IMG/VR virus record: IMGVR_UViG_3300033066_001295
Span: 128,001 to 192,000 of that record
From: a virus
Lineage: Duplodnaviria; Caudoviricetes
DNA: 64,000 nucleotides
Strand: one strand, 5' to 3'
Both the position numbers and the translations under genes were made by a program. Every line of letters begins with the position of its first letter. The first letter of the stretch is position 1. The notes under the pieces are model-generated. The model made no database searches, was not told the DNA's origin, and saw nothing but the letters and a program-made list of their open reading frames with translations. Below are positions 1-10,064 of this stretch, in pieces.

Positions 1-285
1 GGAGCTTTGTCACCGGGACTTTGGGGTATCAGGCACCTGTAGTTTTCAAGAGCACCTGTAGGTTTTTTGAATGTCATGTTTTAGAGTAGTTCGGACAATT
101 TCACGCAGACGAGGATAGCACCACCAACGCCACCGATAGAGATAACCGAGATGGCGGCTGCCACAAGAATAACAGCCCCAGCAGCAGCAAACAGCTTGCA
201 GATGGAAGGCTCACGACGGTGTGAATGGTTATGTGCTTTCATGGCTTAGAATATAACGATCTAGCGACTTCTGTCAACCACTATA

Positions 286-930
286 TCAAATATCGAAAGA
301 AATTTCTTCTGAATGCAGCACCACGCTACCCTCAGAGGACTTTACAGCCCCTACTTTCTTGCATTTATCACAATAACCACAAGGCTGAAAACCATCACCA
401 TCAGCCTTGGGTGTAGGCACCTCACAGTACACACAGAGTTCCCTAATCTCATCTGGAAGATCAAGTTTTATCTCAGAACCTTGACGATACAGAGGAAAAG
501 TGAGAGGTGGAAAGCCATTAGCTGAAAGACGGGACAAACTCTTCCATATCCTCTTAAAATCATCAAGGTATGATATTGCATCATCATTCATGACATAACC
601 AATAGACACCTCGTTAAATTTTTCGGCTGAAATGGCATAAGCTGCTGGAAGCAGCCACAAGATAGGCTGCTTCAGTATCAATTCACCACCACCACTTTCC
701 AAACAAACCTTGGCGATCTTCTCAAAAGTGAACTTACCCGGAAAGGTTCTCCTGAAGAAATCGGCCATCTTGTTTATGGCACCTATCTCAGCCAAGGTCT
801 TTGTTTCGTTATTAGACACCTCGACATAAGCTGCTGTAACACTACCACCTCTTTTCAGGCGATCCCAAACAAGATAGGTGGAGTCCTTGCCACCACTCCA
901 AAGTATAAAGCTATGAGTATCAGTTTTCAT
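286..930 (-). CDS. QueC-like PP-loop ATPase (7-cyano-7-deazaguanine synthase family)
   Basis: ILWSGGKDST PP-loop near the N-terminus and C-terminal Cys cluster (CVYCE...PCGYCDKC). Start moved to MKTDT at 930. Confidence 0.7.
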   Translation of the reverse strand: MKTDTHSFILWSGGKDSTYLVWDRLKRGGSVTAAYVEVSNNETKTLAEIGAINKMADFFRRTFPGKFTFEKIAKVCLESGGGELILKQPILWLLPAAYAISAEKFNEVSIGYVMNDDAISYLDDFKRIWKSLSRLSANGFPPLTFPLYRQGSEIKLDLPDEIRELCVYCEVPTPKADGDGFQPCGYCDKCKKVGAVKSSEGSVVLHSEEISFDI

Positions 931-1261
931 TTTCGTTATAATCAACAAAGGAGACAAAGTTGGCGTCATAGCCATCCAGAGGCTCACCAGCTTTAACAAA
1001 TCTGAGTCTCTTGCCACCGGCATAGAGCCTGTCATGGGCCTCGTGGCTCAAAGAGATGCCATATTCCAGAAGGATGTTACTGAGCATTGGAATGATCCAC
1101 CTGATGTCGTCATGCTTCACCACTTCAAGAAGAATGGTGCTCCGGTCACCTGAAAAAATGGTTCCTGCTACGTCATGGCAGGCGGCGAATGTCTTGCCCG
1201 ACCCACGGCCTGTAAGTTCCCCAGCTTTAACCAATTGCAGTCTCTCAAAATCTGTTTGCAT
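920..1261 (-). CDS. small protein with Walker A-like motif
   Basis: GRGSGKT motif; stop overlaps the start of the QueC-like gene. Confidence 0.5.
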   Translation of the reverse strand: MQTDFERLQLVKAGELTGRGSGKTFAACHDVAGTIFSGDRSTILLEVVKHDDIRWIIPMLSNILLEYGISLSHEAHDRLYAGGKRLRFVKAGEPLDGYDANFVSFVDYNENEN

Positions 1262-1275
1262 GTATGTATCTGTGT

Positions 1276-1572
1276 ATGAACGCAACTATCCAACTCACTT
1301 GGGACGCTCCCCCTGAACCTGTCGATTACTACCTTGTGCGAATCAACGGTAATGACTCGACAACAGGTGGTCCGTCATATCAATTCACAATCTCTGAAAC
1401 CAGCTATGTCTCCGTCGAGGTATTTGCTGTAAACTCAGGTGGAAGCTCAAGCCCTGCTTCATTGCAGTTTAGCGTGCCGCCTTACCAACCGCCGCCCACA
1501 ATGCCACCACCACCACCGCCGCCGCCATCATCACCGACTAATCTCAACTGGTCTGTGGTAGGCTGGTCGTAA
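1276..1572 (+). CDS. fibronectin type III-like protein with Pro-rich tail
   Basis: LTWDAP..VDYYLV..VEVFAVNSGGSS FN3 pattern, poly-Pro, followed by a terminator. Confidence 0.65.
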   Translation: MNATIQLTWDAPPEPVDYYLVRINGNDSTTGGPSYQFTISETSYVSVEVFAVNSGGSSSPASLQFSVPPYQPPPTMPPPPPPPPSSPTNLNWSVVGWS

Positions 1573-1600
1573 TACCTCCCATTTGTTGTGTGTTCCTGTT

Positions 1601-1637
1601 AACCTCCGCCTCTTCAAAGGGGCGGAGGTTTTCTTTT
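1601..1637 (+). terminator. rho-independent terminator
   Basis: aacctccgcc-loop-ggcggaggtt hairpin followed by ttctttt. Confidence 0.75.
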
Positions 1638-1939
1638 GCCACTGTAGTAAAGAGAAAGTTGAGCAAGGGAACAATCTCACCCCTGCGGTAAGTGCTCTTC
1701 AATGAGCTTGGTAAGATGTGCCATGATCGTCACAAGCCTCAATGTTGATGACTCTATGCGGGCCAGCAGAGTCGCGTGGCTGGTAGGTTCCGGTGATCTT
1801 GACTCCGATAGTCGTGTCACCACGATTCAGGTGCATGTTAGAGGTGAGGGTCATGGCGGAGCTATTCCAAGCGCATTTAGATTCATCCATATGACAATCG
1901 CATCTAAAGCCAGCACATAAAATATCAGAAGAATCGTTT

Positions 1940-2284
1940 TCATGGATGTGATTGTTCGATTTCTTGAGCTTGTCCTTCGCATGGTTCTTGCCCTGCACTC
2001 CACTTCCGCATGAATCTCATCCAATGCGTTGTAGCGACGATAAAGGAGCTTGTAACAAACCAGCTATTAACAACAGCATACTTAACCTGATCCTTGTCTA
2101 GCTGGTAACTTACCAAGACTACTTGGTCCTTTTCGAGGTTAAGGAGTGGGCTGCCATCAGCAGCCTCAATTTCAGTGAAACCTGTGCCGATTACCTTACC
2201 ATCTGGGGAAAGCTCAGCAAAGAGAAGCCTGCCTTTTAAGCCCCGGAAAGGACGTATAACAAAACCAAAAGAGGAATTACTCAT
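1940..2284 (-). CDS. hypothetical protein
   Basis: ORF in a tightly packed minus-strand gene run. Confidence 0.5.
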   Translation of the reverse strand: MSNSSFGFVIRPFRGLKGRLLFAELSPDGKVIGTGFTEIEAADGSPLLNLEKDQVVLVSYQLDKDQVKYAVVNSWFVTSSFIVATTHWMRFMRKWSAGQEPCEGQAQEIEQSHP

Positions 2285-2525
2285 GTGGTGTTATAGTTAG
2301 AACAGGAAAGTCATCAGTCAAGGTATAACCGTTCAACTCACACCATTTTTGAAGCCTTTGCACTGGGGATGGCATCTTCCCAATCATGGAACAAAGGAAA
2401 AACTCAATACTTTGTTCAAACAGTTTAGGCTCGTAGTCCTTCAAAGCAGCACAGCTTATCGACCACACTCTTCTATCAGAAGCTGCCCTTTGAAAAATGC
2501 TGAGAAGTAATGGGTTGTCTTCCAT
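2277..2525 (-). CDS. hypothetical protein
   Basis: ORF in a packed gene run. Confidence 0.5.
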   Translation of the reverse strand: MEDNPLLLSIFQRAASDRRVWSISCAALKDYEPKLFEQSIEFFLCSMIGKMPSPVQRLQKWCELNGYTLTDDFPVLTITPHE

Positions 2526-2556
2526 AAAAAATGGGGTGGCATTTCTGCCACCCCAT
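2526..2556 (-). terminator. rho-independent terminator of the Ro60 gene
   Basis: atggggtggca-gaaa-tgccaccccat then T-tract, just after the stop codon. Confidence 0.75.
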
Positions 2557-2571
2557 CGGTTAAGGTTGATG

Positions 2572-4077
2572 TTAGAGTTCGACTGCCTCGATCTCCTTGA
2601 GAAGAGCCTTGCTGTCCACCTCTGAGTTCTTCAGGATGCTGAAGATGTTAGGAGAGAAACCAGCAAGTGGCTTGAACCAAGCCTCTGGAAGAGGGTGGGC
2701 TTCATACCCAGCGAGGTTCCAGAGGTACACCAAGGTGCCACACTTGAACCTGCTCTGGTACTCCCTTACTGCATGAACTGGGGCGGTGTAGCCTTCCCAG
2801 TGCATGTTATCAGACAGGATGATGATTCTGCTGTAGGCCTTCTTCAAGATCGGGAAGATCGTGTTGAAGTTGGTGCCACCCATGTCGCTCTTCAACAGAC
2901 GGGCAATCGTGAAGATTGAGTCATCTGGGTTGAGAGAAACATACTCAGCGGCACTACCGAAGCGAACCACGTCACAGTTGAAAGCCTTCACCATGATGGC
3001 AGCGAACACGTCCGCAGCCTCCAAAGCAGAAAGAGACACCTGCTGCTCACCCTTGCTTCCGTCCTTGCCCTTGGCAAAGGCTACGCCGGTTGTCATTGAA
3101 CCAGAGTGGTCCACAACAACGAGGGTTTCGCCTTCGAGTTCAGGGATGTTCTTGCAAGAGATTTCCATGGCCTTGTTCAAAGCCGTCACAATCGTCCTGC
3201 CGTTCTTGTCCGTGGCATCCACGGCCTTTGCGGCGAGCAGGAAGTGATATGGGAACAGCTTCGAGTTGGCAATAGCCTTCTCGTTGGTTAGGAACTCAGC
3301 AAGGGTATCAGCCATGTCAGGAGCTTCCTTGAGGATGTTACGCACGTTGCGAACAGCCGCAAAGTAACCAAGCTTCTTCTCCTTGAGAAGTTCGCGCCAG
3401 TTGTTGGCAAGAGCTTCCACCTTGTCTTCTTCGGACAAGTTTTCAGCCTTGGCAGCCTGACCGGTCTGGGTCCTCTTGACTTCCCACGTTTCAGCAGGAG
3501 CAAGCGTACCCTTCACAAGGGCTGACAATGGAGCACTAGCTGGTGGGTGAAGCAGGTTCACTGCATCAATCAGCTTGAAGTCACCGTTACCCTTGTACTT
3601 GCTGATCTGGTAGTTGTCGAAGCGGGCCAGACGTTCACCGAGACCCTTGCGCATTGCGTTTGTGATGCGCTTCTTACCGAAACGACCAAGAACACAGGAG
3701 GTGATCTCCGTCACGTCATCAGGGCGGTATGCCACCTTGCTGAAGAAGCTCTTTGCCCATGGCTTACCCTGACAAAGCTGTGACACTTCTGCTGCCACGA
3801 GATGACTCGTGGAACGCATGTCAAACTTCATACGGGTGTAAATTGCCGCCTTGGCTGCAAACTCAGGCTTCACCTTGTTCACCAATTCAAGCAGTCTCTT
3901 AGCTGCTTCGTCACCACTCCGGTAAGCCTGATTCTGGAGCTTTGAAGCTGCCAGTAGCTGTACCAGTTCCAGTTCAGGAGAGGACTTGAAGGCCTCGCCA
4001 CCTGCACGGTTTACTGTCTTCTGTGCTTCGAGGGTTGAACCTGAAGCCACTTTTCTGCCTGTTGCGTACTTGCTCAT
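2572..4077 (-). CDS. rsr: Ro60/TROVE-domain RNA-binding protein with C-terminal vWA domain
   Basis: N-terminal NRAGGEAF..SPELEL, AIYTR...MRS, FDNYQISKY, DAVNLLHP and ETWE motifs; vWA MIDAS DHSGSM, GGTN, IIILSD; 501 aa. Confidence 0.93.
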   Translation of the reverse strand: MSKYATGRKVASGSTLEAQKTVNRAGGEAFKSSPELELVQLLAASKLQNQAYRSGDEAAKRLLELVNKVKPEFAAKAAIYTRMKFDMRSTSHLVAAEVSQLCQGKPWAKSFFSKVAYRPDDVTEITSCVLGRFGKKRITNAMRKGLGERLARFDNYQISKYKGNGDFKLIDAVNLLHPPASAPLSALVKGTLAPAETWEVKRTQTGQAAKAENLSEEDKVEALANNWRELLKEKKLGYFAAVRNVRNILKEAPDMADTLAEFLTNEKAIANSKLFPYHFLLAAKAVDATDKNGRTIVTALNKAMEISCKNIPELEGETLVVVDHSGSMTTGVAFAKGKDGSKGEQQVSLSALEAADVFAAIMVKAFNCDVVRFGSAAEYVSLNPDDSIFTIARLLKSDMGGTNFNTIFPILKKAYSRIIILSDNMHWEGYTAPVHAVREYQSRFKCGTLVYLWNLAGYEAHPLPEAWFKPLAGFSPNIFSILKNSEVDSKALLKEIEAVEL

Positions 4078-4252
4078 TGTAATAGAGGATTGCTGCTATT
4101 GTTTGATTGCCCAACCGTAGTGAATGGGCGAGTGACACTTTAACTGATGTCGGACACGTGTCAAATCAATTCAAGATATTTGACTCAACACCTCTTCGCA
4201 TGGGCTGTGTTAAAGATGTGCTCACAAGAGGGTATTAGAAAGTCGTTGATAG

Positions 4253-4591
4253 TCATTTCAAAAACCCTTCGAGCTTTGAGATTAGCTTCTCAGTTGGTAT
4301 GATAGTTGGCTTACCCTTGAAGGTGCCGTGTTCAAAGAACCCCTCTTTGAACAGGAAGTCATAAGCTGTGCCATTATCAACAAGACCGTTGCCATGAAAA
4401 CCACGATCACACTTGTCAAAGGAGAAGGCCTCACCATGGTTAGTCAGGTTAATGACACAAGCATGGACAGTCTCGCAGATCATGTACTCCCTCTCTGAAG
4501 CACGACCTCCAAAGGGAGCCATAAACTCACATAGACTCCATGGGTCCTTGATCTTTTTGGCAACAGCTTTTATGCGGTCTTCAAAGCTCAT
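4253..4591 (-). CDS. hypothetical protein
   Basis: ORF whose start overlaps the upstream stop. Confidence 0.55.
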   Translation of the reverse strand: MSFEDRIKAVAKKIKDPWSLCEFMAPFGGRASEREYMICETVHACVINLTNHGEAFSFDKCDRGFHGNGLVDNGTAYDFLFKEGFFEHGTFKGKPTIIPTEKLISKLEGFLK

Positions 4592-4947
4592 TGCACCACC
4601 CCTTTCTTCATAAGGTCGATGATGCCGGAAGCCAGACGGATAGGGTCCTTCTCACCTTTTGGAAAAGCGGCGGCAGCCCGGATCAAACATGTCACTGCTT
4701 TTTCCAAGTCAGCGAATGAAACCTTGCCAGAGAAAGGAACATAAGCAAAACCGTTGTGGGTTTCACCCCCGATAAGCTCACCTTCAAAGCCAAGCCTGAC
4801 GCCGAGCTTCTGAGCAACCGTGCGGTGGTCACTCTCTGGAGGAGTGGACGTATCAACTTGAAGGGTTGATGTCTTACCACTGGCTGTTTTGGCGACAATG
4901 TACTTTTTGCCGCCCCGTTTGATGACTGATGTTGTAATGGCTTGCAT
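4588..4947 (-). CDS. hypothetical phage protein
   Basis: ORF in a packed gene run. Confidence 0.6.
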   Translation of the reverse strand: MQAITTSVIKRGGKKYIVAKTASGKTSTLQVDTSTPPESDHRTVAQKLGVRLGFEGELIGGETHNGFAYVPFSGKVSFADLEKAVTCLIRAAAAFPKGEKDPIRLASGIIDLMKKGVVQ

Positions 4948-5558
4948 GATTATTGATGTTGTTGGTTAGATTAAGTTCACTTCCACATAGTGTTTGCTGC
5001 CATCAATCAGCACGTCAAAGCAGCAACCTGCTTTTTGGACAGACCTGATATAGCTGGTGAAATGTGTCTTGACTGTCCTACCATCTGGATAAACAGCCAC
5101 AACGGGGAGGGCTGAGCAATCGACAAGACACTTTTGAAAGTCTTCCTTGCGGGCAATGTAGCTGGATGGTGTAACTGGGTTGCTCATATTAGAGTGATGG
5201 TTGTTGTCGTTTGGGATTCAGCTAATGTAACTTTCACAGTCTCGTCGTCTATGATCACTAAGGTCCTGATGGGGCTGTTAAGCTGTGTTCTCACACACAA
5301 GCCATCGCCATAAACGGCTACAACCCTGAGACATTTACCTTTTAGGGCACTTTCAGCCACCTCAGATGAGGCAGCTAGATATGCTATAATTTTACGTTTC
5401 ATGTGTCTTGAGTGCTTTGCGTGCGTCGGCAATGTCTGCCAGTCTAATTTCGTAGCCTTTTCTCATAAGGCCTGATGCTACTACCTTGCTATTGATGTTG
5501 GTTGTCTCCCACTCATTGAGTGCAGTGAGAACAGTACTAATCTGCCTCTCTGTAAGTG

Positions 5559-5873
5559 TTATCGTTCTTGCATCCATTGTGCGGCTCCTTCGTAGGTTGT
5601 TGGGGCGTTAAAGCGTTGAAGCGTTTTCTTGACTAGAGGTCCGACACTGCCACTCTTGCGACACAAGGCCGCTGTCATCTTGTAGGCGATGTTTGGAATC
5701 TTCTCACGAGGATAAGCGAACGGCTGCCTGTCATAGGCCTCTTCGAGGTCCTTAATGTGGGCATCCAGAAACATGAGTTGTCGTTCAGACAGGGCATCAC
5801 GCCTCACTACAGGGAAGGGACTTTTGTCGATTGGTATGGTGCAAGTGGAAGGTCCTTTGAGTACGTTTGGCAT
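5559..5873 (-). CDS. hypothetical protein
   Basis: Probable start MPNVL immediately after the upstream stop. Confidence 0.45.
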   Translation of the reverse strand: MPNVLKGPSTCTIPIDKSPFPVVRRDALSERQLMFLDAHIKDLEEAYDRQPFAYPREKIPNIAYKMTAALCRKSGSVGPLVKKTLQRFNAPTTYEGAAQWMQER

Positions 5874-5874
5874 A

Positions 5875-6264
5875 TCAAAACTGTTTTGCTTTCTCGATTG
5901 TTTTCTTGATCTCTTCAATGGTGGCTCCTGCCTCGACATAGCCTACTGTCCCTTCAGCAAAAGAACTTCTCAAAGACGACAGTTGCAAGAGGCTCTGACG
6001 AAGGCACCTCAGCATATCAGGCACAGCCGAAGGGTTGAGGTTGTGACAGCCATTAACACAAGCAACTACGTGCTCAGCGTTGGCATAGTCCCTATCTTCA
6101 GCCTGCTGCTGCTCCGTCTCAGAAAGACCTTTTTGCTCAGCCTGATCACAACAACCAATAAACTCAATAATGTCTCCCCCTTCAGTTCTACAGTCTTCTG
6201 GGACGATCCTGTAAAAGGTTCCTTTGTGGGCAACCCATGGTGCCAATGTTGGTTTCTTAGCCAT
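5875..6264 (-). CDS. hypothetical phage protein
   Basis: Packed ORF containing ANAEHVVACVN. Confidence 0.55.
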   Translation of the reverse strand: MAKKPTLAPWVAHKGTFYRIVPEDCRTEGGDIIEFIGCCDQAEQKGLSETEQQQAEDRDYANAEHVVACVNGCHNLNPSAVPDMLRCLRQSLLQLSSLRSSFAEGTVGYVEAGATIEEIKKTIEKAKQF

Positions 6265-6464
6265 ATCAATCTTCTTCTAGTACCTCACCGGCTCCTTGAT
6301 CATAGCCTTCGTCCCTTTTGCTCGTAGCATAAAGCTCAACAGCCTCAAGCTGCTCTTGAGTAAGAGTGTTGAGTACCTCAACTGCCTTGACAGTTGATGG
6401 CTTATCGGTGTCTCTCCAGTGAAAGTCATGGACAGTTATCTTTCGTGTGAATCCTTTGATCATA

Positions 6465-6956
6465 TCAGTCGTTGTTGATGACTTCGTGTGAGTCGGTGTA
6501 ACTGGAAAGGATGTTGTAGGCTTCCTCGACCATGCCAGCAGCTTCGAGGATCACTTCAGCAGGCACGGTGCGATCACGCTTGGCGTTGCGTGTAAGGGCG
6601 GTTGCCACTGAAACACGGACATAGCAGATGTGAGTGTTGAAGCCAGCGGACTTGGCGTCAGCGATCCAGCGGGCGATCTTTTCGATGTTCTTGCCCGTGG
6701 TGTCGAGGACGTGTGTCACACCGGTAGCGAGGTGAGCAAAGCGGGCACGCTCAAACAACTGGCTGGAGGCTTCATGCACCAACTGGGGAGCCTTTGGGTC
6801 ATAGCCGGGGATGGTCTTTTTCATCTCGTCCATGTCAAGGATGTCAGCGTTGACAAACTTGGTCTTGGCCACAGTGCTCTTGCCTGCTCCGCCCATGCCA
6901 ATCATGATGATGCAGGTAGGGGTGGTAGTGGTGGTGTTGGTGGTGCTGTTGGACAT
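6465..6956 (-). CDS. P-loop kinase (AAA_33 / zeta-toxin / PNK-kinase-like)
   Basis: IIMIGMGGAGKST, VLDTTG, ALTRNAKRDRTVP lid motif. Confidence 0.8.
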   Translation of the reverse strand: MSNSTTNTTTTTPTCIIMIGMGGAGKSTVAKTKFVNADILDMDEMKKTIPGYDPKAPQLVHEASSQLFERARFAHLATGVTHVLDTTGKNIEKIARWIADAKSAGFNTHICYVRVSVATALTRNAKRDRTVPAEVILEAAGMVEEAYNILSSYTDSHEVINND

Positions 6957-7022
6957 GTTGCTTACTATATCGAGAGTCAGTCACTTGTCAATCAAAACGC
7001 ACAAAAAAATGAATTTATTTTT
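6941..7022. repeat. 82-bp direct repeat copy 1 (UP element, promoter and first codons MSNST)
   Basis: Matches 7227..7308 with 3 mismatches. Confidence 0.9.
6964..6991 (-). promoter_or_regulatory. sigma70-type early promoter, leaderless
   Basis: TTGACA-16-TATAGT with ATG 7 nt downstream; spacer AGTGACTGACTCTCGA shared with other copies. Confidence 0.8.
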
Positions 7023-7242
7023 CAGTAAGGTTTATTCCACGGAGTTCTGCGAGAGTTGGTTTCATGCTTCCGGTCATGGGGTTTTTGTATCCTCTGGTTT
7101 TCCAGTGTCCAGTTGCCGGAGTTCCATTGAACCTTTTACCGGAGCCGAAAGTGAATACTTCGATTTTAAGAATGCCGTCAGACCGTTCCCATGTGCGGCT
7201 AAACGTGCTTTGATGGACAAGTTTCATGGTGCTGTTGGACAT
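7015..7242 (-). CDS. hypothetical early protein
   Basis: ATG 7 nt after the -10 box of the promoter at 7250..7277. Confidence 0.6.
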   Translation of the reverse strand: MSNSTMKLVHQSTFSRTWERSDGILKIEVFTFGSGKRFNGTPATGHWKTRGYKNPMTGSMKPTLAELRGINLTEK

Positions 7243-7308
7243 GTTGCCCACTATATCGAGAGTCAGTCACTTGTCAATCAAAATGCACAAAAAAATGAAT
7301 TTATTTTT
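7227..7308. repeat. 82-bp direct repeat copy 2
   Basis: Matches 6941..7022. Confidence 0.9.
7250..7277 (-). promoter_or_regulatory. sigma70-type early promoter
   Basis: TTGACA-16-TATAGT. Confidence 0.8.
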
Positions 7309-7464
7309 TGTCGTACTTGTCCGGGAACTTTGCCCGTGTCAGTTCTGGAGGCCCTTTAACTGGGTGCCTTGAGTAGTGGGTAGCTTGCCAACGTCCTGAA
7401 TCTCTCTGGGACTTGGCAAGCCTTTGAGCTTTACGCTTGGCCTTTGTTGCTGGTGATCTTGCCT

Positions 7465-8085
7465 TCATGACCTGATTTCCTTGCGTTGGCGAGCCTTCAG
7501 TGAAGCCATCTTGGCTTTCACTTCAGCATAGGTGTAGGGCTTGAAGTTGTGAGTGTCCACACCCACGTCCATCCTGAGACCGACAGAGTTCAAAGGGGTG
7601 CCGTGCATGTGACCGTGGAGGTGCCAAGACCCATAGGACTTCTTCTCCCACACCTCCAGAGGGAAGTGGTCAAGAACAATCTCCTGATAGGAAGACTGAT
7701 TCTTGCGCTGAACATTGCCTTCAGGATCAATCACCGTAACACGACGACGAACACCAGCCCAGACAAACTTGGGAAGAGTGAGAATATCACGAATCTTCAA
7801 ACCGTCGTCGTGGTTGCCCATGATGAAGATGATGTTCCCATTCAACTGGGAAGAGATTTCCTTCCAGAAGTCGAGATCGACCTTGCCAGCACGACCGAAA
7901 GTGAAGTCACCGATGTGGCAAACAAAGCCTCCGGGAGGCACCACTGAGTTCCACTGCTCAATCATGTGAGCGTCACCATCTCTGGAGTTCCTGAAGGTCT
8001 TCCTCATCCCTTTAGTAGGGTGGTAAAGACCATCGTGACCGAAGTGGTTATCCGCAGTGAAGAAAGTGTTATTTGCATCAAGCAT
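7465..8085 (-). CDS. calcineurin-like metallophosphoesterase
   Basis: DNHFGH, IGDF, GNHD, LDHFP and HGHMH motifs. Confidence 0.9.
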   Translation of the reverse strand: MLDANNTFFTADNHFGHDGLYHPTKGMRKTFRNSRDGDAHMIEQWNSVVPPGGFVCHIGDFTFGRAGKVDLDFWKEISSQLNGNIIFIMGNHDDGLKIRDILTLPKFVWAGVRRRVTVIDPEGNVQRKNQSSYQEIVLDHFPLEVWEKKSYGSWHLHGHMHGTPLNSVGLRMDVGVDTHNFKPYTYAEVKAKMASLKARQRKEIRS

Positions 8086-8091
8086 AACACC

Positions 8092-8119
8092 AATATATCA
8101 AGAGTCAGTCACTTGTCAA
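8092..8119 (-). promoter_or_regulatory. sigma70-type early promoter, leaderless
   Basis: TTGACA-16-TATATT with ATG 6 nt downstream. Confidence 0.75.
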
Positions 8120-8972
8120 CACCATCTTCGGTAGTTTGCAGCTTAACCGACTTTCCGAGAGCATAGTCTTCTCCTCGACCTTGTTCACCCTTCTTAGCCT
8201 CTTTACAGGCACCTTGTCTTTGACAGCTTGAAGCCTGTCAGCAGCCCTTGTGCCTTTGACTTCAAAGAAGACTTCAGCAGCGTCAAAAGACGCTTCAGCA
8301 AGGTCATTTGCAAGTTTGTCGTTGAGGTTTTCAGCACCCCATTCGTTGACTTCCATCATGTAAAGCATGGTAGCCATTTCCGGTATATTAGTTGGAATCA
8401 TTTGGAAATTTTAGGTAAGCAGCTTCTCTGCACCCTTGGTTGAGTTTTAATGTTGTAGAGTCTTCTGGTTTCACTCGTGTGACCTTGCCACCGATGGTGA
8501 CATAGGCCTTCTCTTTCCCACTCTTGGTCCGTACAAGGGTTATAGCACCAGCCTTGCCACGTGAGATCATCCCACTTGGCTGACGGTCGAGCAACCGGAT
8601 TTTTTTGGTGCCTACCACCTCCCATCTGGGAAATAGAAATTCTGTGAGTTTACTTAGCATCTTTGGTAGTTTGAAGTGCTTCATATGCAGTGCAAGTTAA
8701 GCACCACTCTTCTGGGTCTTCACTGTTATGGGCTGAACAACCACACCAAACACCATGATCCCAGCACTCACAGGTTGATTTTGATGTGATAAACTCCAAG
8801 GCTTTTCTATGGCTAGCATTCTCAGCTTTTAGCCTGTCGATAAAGCCACCTATAGCTTCGGCAAGGTAATTTCTCTCCCCACTCATTTTTCATCAGTCTC
8901 CCTCCATAATAAAGTTTTCGTGTGTGGTCTTCACGTTATATCCTCTGCGGCACTGTAGTTACCTTCGTACAT

Positions 8973-10007
8973 TTATTTGAAATCTGGTCCGCAAAGCACA
9001 CCTGAAGCCCTGCGGTATGACACCTGACCGGAGCGGGTGACCTCCTTGGAACCAAGCAGAAGGCCATTGGCGTTCCTGTAGGTGGTGATGGTTCTGTCAC
9101 CCAAGTCTTGAGGCTTCTCGATGAAGGTTTGATAGTGACCTGCTGCATCACGGACAACGCCACTTCCATCAGGGCGGCTCTCAATCACACCGAGAAGCCT
9201 GTTGCCACCGTCACGCACTGCTGAAGTTCCCGCTGAAGTTTGGGCTTCCTGAACAGCAATGATGTTGCCTGCTGCATTCCTCACCGTGGTGTTGCCAACG
9301 GCATCTTGGCCGTAGGTTTGCTGAACAAGGCGACCAGCCGGGTCACGGACATTGCCGGGGTAAACAGGAAGTGTGGCAATGTTTGGGGCTGAACTTGAGA
9401 ACTTCGAGCTACCACCTGTAGGGTGGTCATCTTGAGGTGCTGGAGCGTAACGCGGAAGGGTTGAAAGCGGGGAGGAAGCCGAAGTGTTGGTGTAGCTTGA
9501 TCCATACTCCTCGACACCAAACTCATCTGTCTTGGAGACACTACGTCCCCAACCCCTGCTTCCATTGATAATTCTCCCCTCAGAGTCAAATATGTCTCTC
9601 CGGTCAACCTGATAGCCGTACTCCTGAGCAACTCTCTCACGAATACGGGCTTGACGGAACATAGCCGCCTTGCTCATAACAACCATGTTCTCACCAAAGG
9701 CAAACTGCCTGATGAATGAGCCGATGATGAAAGGAGCAAACAGAATGAAAACTCCAACCCCAAAGCTCATACCGATGCTTGGACCAAGGAGGGGAGCGAT
9801 AAGCCCGCTGTAGCAGAACTTTTTGACAAGTGAGTGCCACATGCCGATGAACTTCACACCGAGCCTGTGCTGCCAGATGAGACCTGCGACGGCAAACACC
9901 GCTGTGTAAAAGAGAACCCCGAGAAGGCTTGTCTTTTCAACACCATACAGATACAGCCCGTAGGGCAGACCCGACCATGTTGTGAGCTTTGCAAAGAAGA
10001 GTTTCAT
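8973..10007 (-). CDS. membrane protein with C-terminal beta-repeat domain
   Basis: Hydrophobic N-terminal segments; repeated VRD/NxxG motifs. Confidence 0.65.
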   Translation of the reverse strand: MKLFFAKLTTWSGLPYGLYLYGVEKTSLLGVLFYTAVFAVAGLIWQHRLGVKFIGMWHSLVKKFCYSGLIAPLLGPSIGMSFGVGVFILFAPFIIGSFIRQFAFGENMVVMSKAAMFRQARIRERVAQEYGYQVDRRDIFDSEGRIINGSRGWGRSVSKTDEFGVEEYGSSYTNTSASSPLSTLPRYAPAPQDDHPTGGSSKFSSSAPNIATLPVYPGNVRDPAGRLVQQTYGQDAVGNTTVRNAAGNIIAVQEAQTSAGTSAVRDGGNRLLGVIESRPDGSGVVRDAAGHYQTFIEKPQDLGDRTITTYRNANGLLLGSKEVTRSGQVSYRRASGVLCGPDFK

Positions 10008-10064
10008 GGCTCCAACTATATCAAGATGAAGCCAAAAGTAAAGCAGAAACTCAAGTTTTATTTA

